Below, piece by piece: positions 1 to 12,824 of a stretch of DNA of 64,000 bases; positions within the stretch are counted from its first letter, which is position 1, and every line of letters starts with the position of its first letter. A program made the translations under genes and the position numbers. The stretch covers positions 248,001 to 312,000 of the forward strand of contig NIVC01000617.1 of NCBI GenBank assembly GCA_002269645.1, read 5' to 3'. A model generated the notes under the pieces. The model was not told the origin of the DNA and ran no database searches. It saw nothing but the letters and a program-made list of their open reading frames with translations. Origin of the DNA: Macrostomum lignano. Lineage: Eukaryota.

Positions 1-893
1 AATGTACATTCAGTTAACCAACCCGCCCAATCTTTCACCCCCAATGTACATTCAGCTAACCGACTCGCCCAATCCCTCACCCTGAATGTACATTCAGTTA
101 ACCAACCCGCCCAATCTTTCACCCCCAATGTACATTCAGTTAACCAACCCGCCCAATCTCTCACCCCCGATGTACATTCAGTTAATCAACCCGCCCAATC
201 CCTCACCACCGATGTACATTCAGTTAACCAACCCGCCCAATCTCTCACCCCCGATGTACATTCAGTTAATCAACCCGCCCAATCCCTCACCACCGATGTA
301 CATTCAGTTAACCAAGCCGCCTAATCTCTCACCCCGATGTACATTCAGTTAATCAACCCGCCTAATCTCTCACCCCGATGTACATTCAGTTAATCAACCC
401 GCCCAATCCCTCACCACCGATGTACATTCAGTTAATCAACCCGCCCAATCCCTCACCACCGATGTACATTCAGTTAACCAAGCCGCCCAATCCCTCACCA
501 CTGATGTACATTCAGTTAACCAACCCGCCCAATCCCCTACCCCCAATGTACATTCAGCTAACCGACTCGCCCAATTCCTCACCCTGAATGTACATTCAGT
601 TAACCAACCCGCCCAATCTCTCACCCCCGATGTACATTCAGTTAATCAACCCGCCCAATCCCTCACCACCGATGTACATTCAGTTAACCAAGCCGCCCAA
701 TCCCTCACCACTAATGTACATGCAGTTAACCAACCCGCCCAATCCCCTACCCCCGATGTACATTCAGTTAATCAACCCGCCCAATCCCTCACCCCCGATG
801 TACATTCAGTTAATCAACCCGCCCAATCTCTCACCCCCGATGTACATTCAGTTAACCAACCCGCCCAATCCCCTACCCCCGATGTACATTCAC
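1..893. repeat. 42-bp minisatellite in PI3K intron
   Basis: Unit GATGTACATTCAGTTAACCAACCCGCCCAATCTCTCACCCCC; translates as 14-aa repeat MYIQLTNPPNLSPP. Confidence 0.95.
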
Positions 894-937
894 TCAATGT
901 ACAGTCGCAAGCTCACAGCATCAACCCCATCCCGCAG

Positions 938-1565
938 CCAACTAACGGATAAAGACCGGACCATCGTGCTATCCAAGCGCAGCATATTTCTAGCTAATTT
1001 CGCCAACTCTCTACCGCAAGTGCTGCTTTCTTTTCCCAGTTACAAATCTGATTTATTGCCGCAAATCTATCGCTGCTTAACCGCTTGGCAAGAGCGTTGG
1101 ACGTCGATTGATCAGCCGGCGGACACGCCGTTGGCTCCTCTGCTTCAACTACTCGGCCCAGAATTCGCCGATATCGAAGTTCGAGAGTTCGCCGTTCGTC
1201 ACCTGTTCACCAGCTTGCAGCCGGACGAGATGGAGCGCTATCTGCCGCAGATGACTCAAGCGTTGCTATGCCAACCGCACCTATGCTCGACTAGTCTGTT
1301 ATGCCGATTGTTAATTATGTCGGTGCATTCGCCAGCTTTTGCCAGCGCATTCTATTGGCAATTGAAGCTGCTATCTAACCTGGATAGTCGGCATCAGCGT
1401 AGACGGTTAACTCTAATTAGTGCCGCTCTGAGGCACCTGTGCGGCGCTTGCGTGGAAACCGAGTGGGCGCATCAGGAGCAGCTTATCGACGCTCTGGAGC
1501 CTGTGGCAGTGCGTTTGCAGACTCACAAATCTGTGGAGCAGTTCCGGGATGAGCTCTGTATGAAG
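938..1565 (+). CDS. PIK3C2: Class II PI3K exon, helical (PIK) domain; gene starts upstream of window
   Basis: LLQLLGPEFADIEVREFAVRHL, YLPQMTQAL, FYWQLK match the PIK helical domain; acceptor cccgcag|c (start less certain), donor AAG|gtgaac phase 0. Confidence 0.85.
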
Positions 1566-1582
1566 GTGAACTATTCCGAACA

Positions 1583-1745
1583 CTAAGACCTATCAAAGTG
1601 CATCGTTTAAACTCTCTAGTTGAGAATCGCCTGAAGAATCCTTGATAGGACCTGAACCTCTAAGACTAAGACCTATCAAAGTGCATCGTTTAAACTCTCT
1701 AGTTGAGAATCGCCTGAAGAATCCTTGATAGGACCTGAACCTCTA
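1583..1745. repeat. 83-bp tandem duplication adjacent to the 22-bp array
   Basis: CTAAGACCTATCAAAGTG... starts at 1583 and 1666. Confidence 0.9.
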
Positions 1746-2592
1746 GCTAAGCATCACCTGAAGCCTAGCTAAGCATCACCTGAGCCCTAGCTAAGCATCA
1801 CCTGAAGCCTAGCTAAGCATCACCTGAAGCCTAGCTAAGCATCACCTGAGCCCTAGCTAAGCATCACCTGAGCCCTAGCTAAGCATCACCTGAGCCCTAG
1901 CTAAGCATCACCTGAGCCCTAGCTAAGCATCACCTGAACCCTAGCTAAGCATCACCTGAACCCTAGCTAAGCATCACCTGAACCCTAGCTAAGCATCACC
2001 TGAGCCCTAGCTATGCATCACCTGAACCATTAACTAAGCATCACCTGAACCCTAGCTAAGCATCACCTGAACCCTAGCTAAGCATCACCTGAACCCTAGC
2101 TAAGCATCACCTGAAGCCTAGCTAAGCATCACCTGAACCCTAGCTAAGCATCACCTGAAGCCTAGCTAAGCATCACCTGAAGCCTAGCTAAGCATCACCT
2201 GAGCCCTAGCTAAGCATCACCTGAGCCCTAGCTAAGCATCACCTGAGCCCTAGCTAAGCATCACCTGAGCCCTAGCTAAGCATCACCTGAACCCTAGCTA
2301 AGCATCACCTGAACCCTAGCTAAGCATCACCTGAACCCTAGCTAAGCATCACCTGAACCCTAGCTAAGCATCACCTGAACCCTAGCTAAGCATCACCTGA
2401 ACCCTAGCTAAGCATCACCTGAACCATTAGCTAAGCATCACCTGATCCCTAGCTAAGCATCACCTGAGCCCTAGCTAAGCATCACCTGAGCCCTAGCTAA
2501 GCATCACCTGAACCCTAGCTAAGCATCACCTGAACCCTAGCTAAGCATCACCTGAACCATTAGCTAAGCATCACCTGAACCTGAATCACCTG
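1745..2592. repeat. 22-bp intronic minisatellite
   Basis: Unit CCTAGCTAAGCATCACCTGAAC with variants. Confidence 0.95.
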
Positions 2593-2633
2593 AATCCCAA
2601 TACCTCATAATCCCCTGCACGCCGGTCCCTCAG

Positions 2634-3070
2634 ATCCAGCCCATGCTGAGCCGGTGGTCACACTTCCGCCTGCCGCACGACATGTCGCTACTGGCCCGAA
2701 GCATTTCCATACCTCGCTGCTCGTTCTTCTCCTCGAAGACCATGCCTCTGCGCCTGGTGTTCCAGCCGTTTCACGATTCCGACGCCCAGCAGCTTCTGTC
2801 CGTCATCTACAAGAAAGGCGACAATCTAAGCATGGACGCCTTGTGCCTGCAGATGACCTACCTGTTCAACTTAATCTGGCGCAAAGAGGGCCTGGACCTG
2901 CGCATGCTTCTGTTCCGCGTGTTCCCCACCTCGGCCGATGCGGGATTTGTTGAATTAGTGACAGATTGTAAATCGTTGAAAAATATTCACCTCGAGTTTA
3001 AGACTTCGTTTGGCGCCGCTTGCGTGTTTGACTGGCTGAGGAAGCACAACAGGACTGATAGCGAACTCAG
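2634..3070 (+). CDS. PIK3C2: Class II PI3K exon, kinase N-lobe
   Basis: PLRLVF..IYKKGDNLSMD..IWRKEGLDLRM..GFVELV; acceptor ccctcag|atc phase 0, donor AG|gtataa phase 2. Confidence 0.93.
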
Positions 3071-3084
3071 GTATAAGCTTGTAG

Positions 3085-3990
3085 GGATTGGAATGGGGTG
3101 TGGGAAATCAGATGGGATTTTTTATGGTGTGGGAAATAGGATGGGATTTTTTATGGTGTGGGTAATCGGATGGGATTTTTAGGGTGTGAAAATCAAATGG
3201 GATTTTTTTGGGTGTGGGTAATCGGATGGGATGTTTTGGGGTGTGGGTAATCGGATGGGATGTTTTGGGGTGTGGGTAATCGGATGGGATTTTTTAGGGT
3301 GTGGGTAATCGGATGGGATTTTTTAGGGTGTGGGTAATCGGATGGGATTTTTTAGGGTGTGGGTAATCGAATGGGATTTTTTGGGGTGTGGGTAATCGGA
3401 TGGGGCTTTTTAGGGTGTGGGAAATCGGATGGGACTTTTTAGGGTGTGGGAAATCGGATGGGACTTTTTAGGGTGTGGGAAATCGGATGGGACTTTTTAG
3501 GGTGTGGGAAATCGGATGGGACTTTTTAGGGTGTGGGAAATCGGATGGGACTTTTTAGGGTGTGGGTAATCGGATGGGATGTTTTGGGGTGTGGGTAATC
3601 GGATGGGATGTTTTGGGGTGTGGGTAATCGGATGGGATTTTTTAGGGTGTGGGTAATCGGATGGGATTTTTTAGGGTGTGGGTAATCGGATGGGGCTTTT
3701 TAGGGTGTGGGAAATCGGATGGGACTTTTTAGGGTGTGGGAAATCGGATGGGACTTTTTAGGGTGTGGGAAATCGGATGGGACTTTTTAGGGTGTGGGAA
3801 ATCGGATGGGACTTTTTAGGGTGTGGGTAATCGGATGGGATGTTTTGGGGTGTGGGTAATCGGATGGGATGTTTTGGGGTGTGGGTAATCGGATGGGATG
3901 TTTTGGGGTGTGGGTAATCGGATGGGATTTTCGGGGTGTTGGAAATCGGATGGGATTTTCTTGGGGTGTGGGTAATCGGATGGGATATTT
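3085..3990. repeat. 29-bp G-rich intronic minisatellite
   Basis: Unit GGTGTGGGTAATCGGATGGGATTTTTTAG with variants. Confidence 0.95.
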
Positions 3991-4075
3991 TGTATGTCCG
4001 AACTCAATTAGGATTTTATGATTCAGTTGTTCATAACAGGTAAATTTATCCCCTCCCATAATAATCCCATCGCAG

Positions 4076-4432
4076 CTCTGCCGTCGACACATTCACGCGC
4101 TCCCTCGCTGGTTGGCTGGTCATCACCTACGTGCTGGGGGTGTGCGATCGGCACAATGACAACATCATGCTGTGCCACACCGGCCACCTGTTCCACATCG
4201 ACTTCGCCAAATTGTTGGGCGATTCAGAGAAATTTCTCGGCGTGTCTCGCGACCGAGTGCCGATGGTGTTCACTAAGGACATGTTCTACGCTATTAATGG
4301 CGGCACTCTAGCAGTCACGCCTCGCTACTTTCAATTTATCACGCACTGCGTTGACGCCTTCAATATATTGCGGAGAAATTCTATTCTATTGTTGACTATG
4401 ATTAAGCTTATGCTGCCGGCTAATATCCCTAG
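4076..4432 (+). CDS. PIK3C2: Class II PI3K exon, catalytic and activation loops
   Basis: FTRSLAGWLVITYVLGVCDRHNDNIML..HIDFAKLLG..RDRVPMVFTKDM; acceptor catcgcag|c phase 2, donor AG|gtgagt phase 2. Confidence 0.95.
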
Positions 4433-4474
4433 GTGAGTGAGGGATTCCAGATGACTTGCATAATTAGGGCATTC

Positions 4475-5370
4475 TAGCTGGGATAATCTGGATTAAGATT
4501 GGGATAACTGAGGATTAAGATTGGGATAACTGAGGATTAAGCCGGCTTATCCCAGGATAATCTTGGGGATTAATATTGGGATAATCAGAATTAAAATTGG
4601 GATAATTGGGGATTAATATTGGGATATTTGATATTAAGATTGGAATATTTGAAGATTAAAATTGGGATAGTTGGGGATCATGATTCGGAAAACTGGGGAA
4701 TTATGATTGGGATAATTGGGGAATCATGATTGGGAAAATTGGGGAATTATGATTGGATTAATTTAGGAATTATGATTGGGATAATTGGGGAATTATGATT
4801 GGGATAATTTAGGAATTATGATTGGGATAATTGGGGAATTATGATTGGGATAATTTAGGAATTATGATTGGGATAATTGGGGAATTATGATTGGGATAAT
4901 TGGGGAATTATGATTGGGATAATTTAGGAATTATGATTGGGATAATTGGGGAATTATGATTGGGATAATTGGGGAATTATGATTGGGATAATTGGGGAAT
5001 TATGATTGGGATAATTGGGGAATTATGATTGGGATAATTGGGGAATTATGATTGGGAAAATTGGGGAATTATGATTGGATTAATTTAGGAATTATGATTG
5101 GGATAATTGGGGAATTATGATTGGGATAATTGAGGAATTATGATTGGGAAAATTGGGGAATTATGATTGGGATAATTGGGGATTAAGTTTAAGATAATTC
5201 GGGATTATGATTGGGATAATTAGGGGTTAAGATTCGGATAATTTGGGAATATTTGGGGATTAATATTGAGATAATTGGGAATTAAAAATGGGATAGTTAG
5301 GAATTAAATTTGGCAAAATTGGGGATTAATACTTAGATAATTAGGGATTAAGAGTGGGATAATTTAGCAA
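4475..5370. repeat. 23-bp intronic minisatellite
   Basis: Unit GATTGGGATAATTGGGGAATTAT, degenerate at both ends. Confidence 0.93.
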
Positions 5371-5428
5371 TAGTGACTGGGGAGGTAGACTTTACTTCAA
5401 ACGCGCACCCCCGAAACAACGGGCTCAG

Positions 5429-5582
5429 GTTCAACCTAGAAGGCATCGAATACGTGCAAGCCCGTCTAGAGCTGTCGCTCAACGAGCTGCAGGCTGGCCG
5501 CAAGCTCACCGTCCTGCTAGACAAATGCCTTCGCGACGACAGTGCCGAGTTGAATTTTCGAATTCACACAATGTTCAATCCT

Positions 5583-5633
<51 letters not shown>

Positions 5634-6170
5634 TCTCAATCCTCGTCATTAAATGAGACGCTAAGGCACAGCATGCGTCAAGACGGCGAAATTGTTGAAG
5701 TGACCGCCATCCGAGCTCTCGGTCCGTCTATGCCCGACCCTATAGATGTCCGAGTTCGAAGCTCGAACAGCCAACAGCAACAGCAGCAGCAGTTGCAGTT
5801 TCTATTTTCAGTTCGGCGTCGTGGCGGCTCCACCGGCCGAGTCCAGCTGTCTCGCGACGACGTCGCCCGGTTCTGGGCGGCGGCCCGGTCGGCTTACCCA
5901 GCCGTCATGTCCGGACAGCCGTTTCCGGACGGCCTGTCGAAGGCGGACACAGCCGAAGAGACGGCCGCGGTGTTGGAGAGCTGGCTGACCGACTTGCTCA
6001 CTGTTGATGGCATCGGCCGGTCCGATCTGCTGTACTCGCTGCTGCACCCCAATGTTGATGACTCGCTCAGTTCGGCGTTCTATACCGACTGCGAACCGCA
6101 GCTGGGCGGCGAGCCGGGGCACAGGATCAGCTTGCAGACTCACGGCTATGGGGAGCAGCCCAGCCTAAAG
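5429..6170 (+). CDS. PIK3C2: Class II PI3K exon: kinase C-terminus, polyQ (Q16 and Q7), degenerate PX domain
   Basis: EYVQARL..ELNFRIH kinase end; PX-like ..SAYP..FP..LESWLTDLL..SLLHP; acceptor ctcag|g phase 2, donor AAG|gtgggg phase 0. Confidence 0.85.
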
Positions 6171-6189
6171 GTGGGGCACTGTTGTTAAT

Positions 6190-6670
6190 TATTCACTCAT
6201 TTACTCACTCACTCACTCTCATATTTACTCAGTCATTCGTTCACTCACTCACTCACATATTTACTTATTCACTCACTCACTCTCATATTTACTCAGGCAT
6301 TCGTTCACTCACTCACTCACATATTTACTTATTCACTCACTCACTCTCATATTTACTTATTCACTCACTCACTCTCATATTTACTTATTCACTCACTCAC
6401 TCTCATATTTACTCAGGCATTCGTTCACTCACTCACTCACATATTTACTTATTCACTCACTCACTCTCATATTTACTCAGGCATTCGTTCACTCACTCAC
6501 TCACTCACTCACATATTTACTCAATCACTCCCTCACTCATCCAGTCACTCACTCGCTGACTCACTCACTCACTCACTCACATATTTACTCAATCACTCCC
6601 TCACTCATTCAGTCACTCACTCGCTCAATTACTCTCATATTTACTCAGGCATTCGTTCACTCACTCACAT
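6190..6670. repeat. (TCAC)n-based compound repeat
   Basis: TCAC runs interspersed with ATATTTACT. Confidence 0.9.
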
Positions 6671-7334
6671 TTTTATCAGTCTAAAAATCCTTGTTTGTAA
6701 TTTTTTATCTAAAGAATAGTTTTGCTCACTATTCGTCATTACACTACTACCTTCTTAAATAATAGTAGTATAAATGCACTGGATATAGATCTTAGTTAAT
6801 AAAAAGGCGATAAATTAAAAAAGTGCCTCGGTAGTTGTGCGTTAAAGTTAATAATAATAATAATAATTGTAACAAAATCATAATAATATTGAAAACAGTC
6901 AACTTCCTATTTCACAGTTCAAAGAGCTCTCTGAATCAGAATTAGAAAATTTTAAGTTTACGAGAAGCTTTGCACACCTCTTCATGATTAATGAGTGAAG
7001 GATGCGTTGGAATGGAGGTTTTGACAGGTCGGCCTCATCAATAATTATTATTAGTTTTTAGGGAACGTATTGGATTTATAGCTACTCAGCGTCACACCTT
7101 CACACATCTTCTCCTGGCGATAGATAGATGGCTGCTTCACAGCTTAGCTTCTCGAGAAAAGAGGTTCTTAGCAAACACTTTAGCCCTGATAATCCCCGTG
7201 CTGCTTTGGCAGCTAAATTCTTTCGTTAAAAGCTGCTGTTTTTTGTCGATATTTTCCCGCATGTCTGTGTCTGCACGCTCGCTTTAATAATATAGAATCT
7301 CAACTTTTTCCCAGCTTTCGGCAGCTTGTACTAC

Positions 7335-8460
7335 CTATCACTTTTATTCCCGAATCTCCTGTCACTTTTATCCCCAAATCTCCCGTCACTTTTATCCCCA
7401 AACCCCCTCCACTTTTATCCCCAAATCTCCCGTCACTTTTATCCCCAAACCCCCTCCACTTTTATCCCCAAATCTCCCGTCACTTTTATCCCCAAATCTG
7501 TCACTTTTATCCCCAAATCCCCCTCCACTTTTATCCCCAAATCTCCTGTCACTTTTATCCCCAAATCTCCCGTCACTTTTATCCCCAAACCCCCTCCGCT
7601 TTTATCCCCAAATCTCCCGTCACTTTTATCCCCAAATCTGTCACTTTTATCCCCAAATCCCCCTCCACTTTTATCCCCAAATCTCCTGTCACTTTTATCC
7701 CCAAATCCCCCGTCACATTTATCCTCAAATCTCCTGTCACTTTTATCCCCAACCCCCCCTCCACTTTTATCACCAAATCTCCTGTCACTTTTATCCCCAA
7801 ATCCCCCTCCACTTTTATCACCAAATCTCCTGTCACTTTTATCCCCAAATCCCCCGTCACATTTATCCCCAAATCTCCTGTCACTTTTATCCCCAAATCC
7901 CCCGTCACATTTATCCCCAAATCTCCTGTCACTTTTATCCCCAAATCCCCCGTCACATTTATCCTCAAATCTCCTGTCACTTTTATCCCCAAATCCCCCG
8001 TCACATTTATCACCAAATCTCCTGTCACTTTTATCCCCAAATCTCCCTCCACTTTTATCCCCAAATCTCCTGTCACTTTTATCCCCAAATCCCCCGTCAC
8101 TTTTATCCCCAAATCCCCCTCCACCTTTATCACCAAATCTCCCGTCACTTTTATCCCCAAATTCCCCTCCGCTTTTATCACCAAATCTCCTGTCACTTTT
8201 ATCCTCAAATCTCCTGTCACTTTTATCCTAAAATCCCCCTCCACTTTTATCCCCAAATCTCCCGTCACTTTTATCCCCAAATCCCCCTCCACCTTTATCA
8301 CCAAATCTCCCGTCACTTTTATCCCCAAATTCCCCTCCGCTTTTATCACCAAATCTCCTGTCACTTTTATCCTCAAATCTCCTGTCACTTTTATCCTAAA
8401 ATCCCCCTCCACTTTTATCCCCAAATCTCCCGTCACTTTTATCCCTAATCTCCCTCACTT
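7335..8460. repeat. 24-bp intronic minisatellite
   Basis: Unit CACTTTTATCCCCAAATCTCCTGT. Confidence 0.95.
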
Positions 8461-9014
8461 TTTTCCACAAATCTCCCTCTCTTTTATGTCCAAATCCCTC
8501 TCTAAATGTTCAATAATAATCCTACAATATTTATTACCTGTAACTAACATAAATGTTCGGGCTTCACATGTACATGTAAAAGTGGCTAAGAGAACATGCT
8601 TTGCAATCCAATGTGTGCATCTTACTGTTGTGAAGATGCGATTGTGCATCTCTTTTTGGACTATTTATATCGGTTCATAGGCAAGACGTTTTTTCCCCTG
8701 TGTTGTGGTTTTTGCCTCTCGATCTTCACACCTGACTCATTTTGACAGCTTGTTAGTTAGCTAGGCGCGTATATATTTATGCATAACTTCTGATGATCCT
8801 TCGTGCACTGGCGTGATTGCCACTCGCTCTTGTTTCGGACCTAACGACTGGTGTTGGACTGTCCCCATTAGTTGGTTTGGTTGGAGCTTTTTTATGTTAT
8901 GTTAGGCCTTTGCACCTGGCATTTGCATGTGATGTAGTTTCACGCATTTTTATCAATTAATTACTCACTTTTTTATTATGAGCTAATTCTATTTGCCCCT
9001 AATCTATGACATCT

Positions 9015-10465
9015 TACCTCTGACACCTCTCTACCTGACACTTTTCTATCTGACACCTCTCTACCTGACACTTTTCTACCTGACAATTCTCTACCTGACA
9101 TATTTCTACCTGACACCTCTCTACCTGACACTTTTCTATCTGACACTTTTCTATCTGACACCTCTCTACCTGACACTTTTCTACCTGACAATTCTCTGCC
9201 TGACACATTTCTACCTGACACCTCTCTACCTGACACTTTTCTATCTGACACATCTACCTGACACTTTTCTACCTGACACTTTTCTACCTGACAATTCTCT
9301 GCCTGACACATTTCTACCTGACACCTCTCTACCTGACACTTTTCTATCTGACACATCTACCTGACACTTTTCTACCTGACACTTTTCTATCTGACACCTC
9401 TCTACCTGACACTTTTCTACCTGACACCTCTCTACCTGACACTTTTCTACCTGACACCTCTCTACCTGACACTTTTCTACCTGACACCTCTCTACCTGAC
9501 ACTTTTCTATCTGACACTTCTCTACCTGACACCTCTCTACCTGACACCTCTCTACCTGACACCTCTCTACCTGACACCTCTCTACCGGACACCTCTCTAT
9601 CTGACACCTCTCTACCTGACACCTCTCTACCTGACACCTCTCTACCTGACACTTTTCTATCTGACACCTCTCTACCTGACAATTCTCTACCTGACACTTT
9701 TCTATCTGACACCTCTCTACCTGACACTTTTCTATCTGACACCTCTACCTGACACCTCTCTACCTGACACTTTTCTACCTGACACCTCCACCTGACACCT
9801 CTCTACCTGACACCTCTCTACCTGACACCTCTCTACCTGACACTTTTCTATCTGACACTTTTCTACCTGACACCTTTCTACCTGACACTTTTCTATCTGA
9901 CACCTCTCTACCTGACACTTTTCTACCTGACACCTCTCTACCTGACACTTTTCTATCTGACACCTCTCTACCTGACACTTTTCTATATGACAACTCTCTA
10001 CCTGACAACTTTCTATCTGACACCTCTACCTGACACCTCTCTACCTGACACTTTTCTATCTGACACCTCTCTACCTGACACTTTTCTATCTGACACCTCT
10101 CTAGCTGACACTTCTATCTGACACCTCTCTACCTGACACTTTTCTATCTGACACCTCTCTAACTGACACTTTTCTATCTGACACCTCTCTACCTGACACT
10201 TTTCTACCTGACACCTCTCCACCTGACACCTGACACCTCTACCTGATACTTTTCTATCTGACACCTCTCCACCTGACACCTGACACCTCTACCTGATACT
10301 TTTCTATCTGACACCTCTCTACCTGGCACTTTTATACCTGGCCCCTCTCTACCTGATAATTTTTGTATCTAACACTTCTCTACCTGACAATTTTATACCT
10401 GGCCCCTCTCTACCTGACCCTTTTCTATCTGACACCTACCTGACACCTTCTCCTATCTGACGTCT
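9015..10465. repeat. 15-bp intronic minisatellite
   Basis: Unit CTACCTGACACCTCT with CTTTT variants. Confidence 0.95.
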
Positions 10466-10542
10466 CTTAACTAGCAGTCACTCCCACACCTGCAGCCGCT
10501 CCATCAAACACCTAACACCTGTTCCCCCATTGCTCCAACCAG

Positions 10543-10932
10543 GCCGGTTTTCTATACGAAGCCAAATCGGAGACTCTGTACATCAGCGTAGAATACCTGA
10601 CCAACTTGAGCAGCACTGCTCAGCTATCGGGCGGCAGTCTTTATTTAAAACTCTACCTGTTGCCCGGGCCGGATCGGCGATCGAAGCAGAAAATCCGTTT
10701 CTGTCAGGACGAGCTGTCCGGCAGGCGGAACCATTTCCTAGTGACAGAGAATGTCGTCACCTATTCGTTGAATCGTAGAGAGCTGTCGCACAAGCAACTG
10801 TCCATAGCCGTGTGGATTAACCCTGCCATACATTCGGCCAGGGAGTTGCATCGATTGTGCGTGCCATTGTCCAAGTACCTTGACGAGTGCGTGCACTACG
10901 AATTGCTGAAGTTTCCCGCCGGTTCTGCCTGA
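10543..10932 (+). CDS. PIK3C2: Class II PI3K last exon, C-terminal C2 domain
   Basis: acceptor ctccaaccag|gcc phase 0 matches donor at 6170; FLYE..LYISV..YLKLYLLPGPDRRSKQK..LSIAVW; TGA stop at 10930-10932. Confidence 0.88.
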   Translation, partial: AGFLYEAKSETLYISVEYLTNLSSTAQLSGGSLYLKLYLLPGPDRRSKQKIRFCQDELSGRRNHFLVTENVVTYSLNRRELSHKQLSIAVWINPAIHSARELHRLCVPLSKYLDECVHYELLKFPAGSA

Positions 10933-10984
10933 TTTTTGAGCCTGTGAAGATTCTATTTGTGCGACTGGTTTAATATTGTAATCA

Positions 10985-12195
10985 AATGGGTTTGATTTAG
11001 TGCACCTTTAATTACACTGCAGGGGGTTGGCTAATTGATTTAGTACACCTGTAATTACTCTGCGAGAATTGGCTAATTGATTGATTTAGTACACCTGTAA
11101 TTACTATGCAGGGATTTGGCTAATTGATTGATTTAGTACACCTGTAATTACTCTGCAGGGGGTTGGCTAATTGATTTAGTACACCTGTAATTACTCTGCA
11201 TGGGGGTTGGCTAATTGATTTAGTACACCTGTAATTGCTCTGCAGGGGGTTGGCTAATTGATTTAGTACACCTGTAATTACTATGCAGGGATTTGGCTAA
11301 TTGATTGATTTAGTACACCTGTAATTACTCTGCAGGGGGTTGGCTAATTGATTTAGTACACCTGTAATTACTATGCAGGGGTTTGGCTAATTGATTGATT
11401 TAGTACACCTGTAATTACTATGCAGGGGTTTGGCTAATTGATTTAGTACACCTGTAATTACTCTGCAGGGGGTTGGCTAATTGATTTAGTACACCTGTAA
11501 TTACTATGCAGGGGTTTGGCTAATTGATTTAGTACACCTGTAATTACTCTGCAGGGGGTTGGCTAATTGATTTAGTACACCTGTAATTACTATGCAGGGA
11601 TTTGGCTAATTGATTGATTTAGTACACCTGTAATTACTCTGCAGGGGGTTGGCTAATTGATTTAGTACACCTGTAATTACTCTGCGAGAATTGGCTAATT
11701 GATTGATTTAGTACACCTGTAATTACTATGCAGGGGTTTGGCTAATTGATTGATTTAGTACACCTGTAATTACTATGCAGGGGTTTGGCTAATTGATTTA
11801 GTACACCTGTAATTACTCTGCAGGGGGTTGGCTAATTGATTTAGTACACCTGTAATTACTATGCAGGGGTTTGGCTAATTGATTTAGTACACCTGTAATT
11901 ACTCTGCAGGGGGTTGGCTAATTGATTTAGTACACCTGTAATTACTATGCAGGGATTTGGCTAATTGATTGATTTAGTACACCTGTAATTACTCTGCAGG
12001 GGGTTGGCTAATTGATTTAGTACACCTGTAATTACTCTGCGGGGGTTTGGTTAATTAATTTAGTACACCTGTAACTACTCTGCGGGTTTGACTAATTACA
12101 CCTGTAATTACTCTGTGGGGGATTCGTTAATTAATTTAGCGCACCTGTAATTACTCTGCAGGGGTTTGGCTAAATAATTTAGCGCACCTGTAATT
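10985..12195. repeat. 43/47-bp minisatellite just downstream of the PI3K stop
   Basis: Unit GGCTAATTGATTTAGTACACCTGTAATTACTCTGCAGGGGGTT. Confidence 0.95.
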
Positions 12196-12824
12196 TTGAA
12201 GAAATTGTTCCATTGTAACAAAGACAATTTGACTTTTTATGTTTGTGGCTTCCTCGCGTTATTCGCCGGTCTGTTTTTGATTTGAATTTATTAAAGATGA
12301 TAAACACCTTTTATATTTTGAAATTATTATCCTAGTTCTGCTAAAAGTTAACTACTTTGATTGTAAATTTCTTAGTGCCACAAACTGAAATTTCTATAAA
12401 ATTTAGGAATTAATTTGTCCTACTATATATTAGGTTTGACTTCTGTCACAATAACTGTTGTACAGGTTGATCGCCGCGAGTTGTTGTAAACCCAGTGTCT
12501 TTATAAAATCTGCTTCTTGATTACTGACAACGAATGTTTTTTGTTGTTGATGATTGATTTCAGAACAAATTGAACAAAAGTTTTTTATTGCGATTTCTGT
12601 GCCTGACACTCAGTGCATTCTTGTTGTTTCACGTTCCTCTGTGTTAACCAATTTTATTTTGTCTGCCATTCTGTATTATTTATTTACTATTATTATAAAT
12701 ATTATTATTAATTACTTAACGTCAGAACCCTATCATTATATAATCGGTTGGCCAAATTGCTGTTGTATTGCTTGCACCTGTGATTTATGAGGCCTGTGCG
12801 TTAGGAATCATTTTGCATCCTATT

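Noticed and set aside
6918-6998. Extra PI3K exon after a good acceptor (FKELSESE..)
   Set aside because: Ends in a stop and does not resemble C2; 6170 joins 10543 in phase and restores a continuous C2 domain
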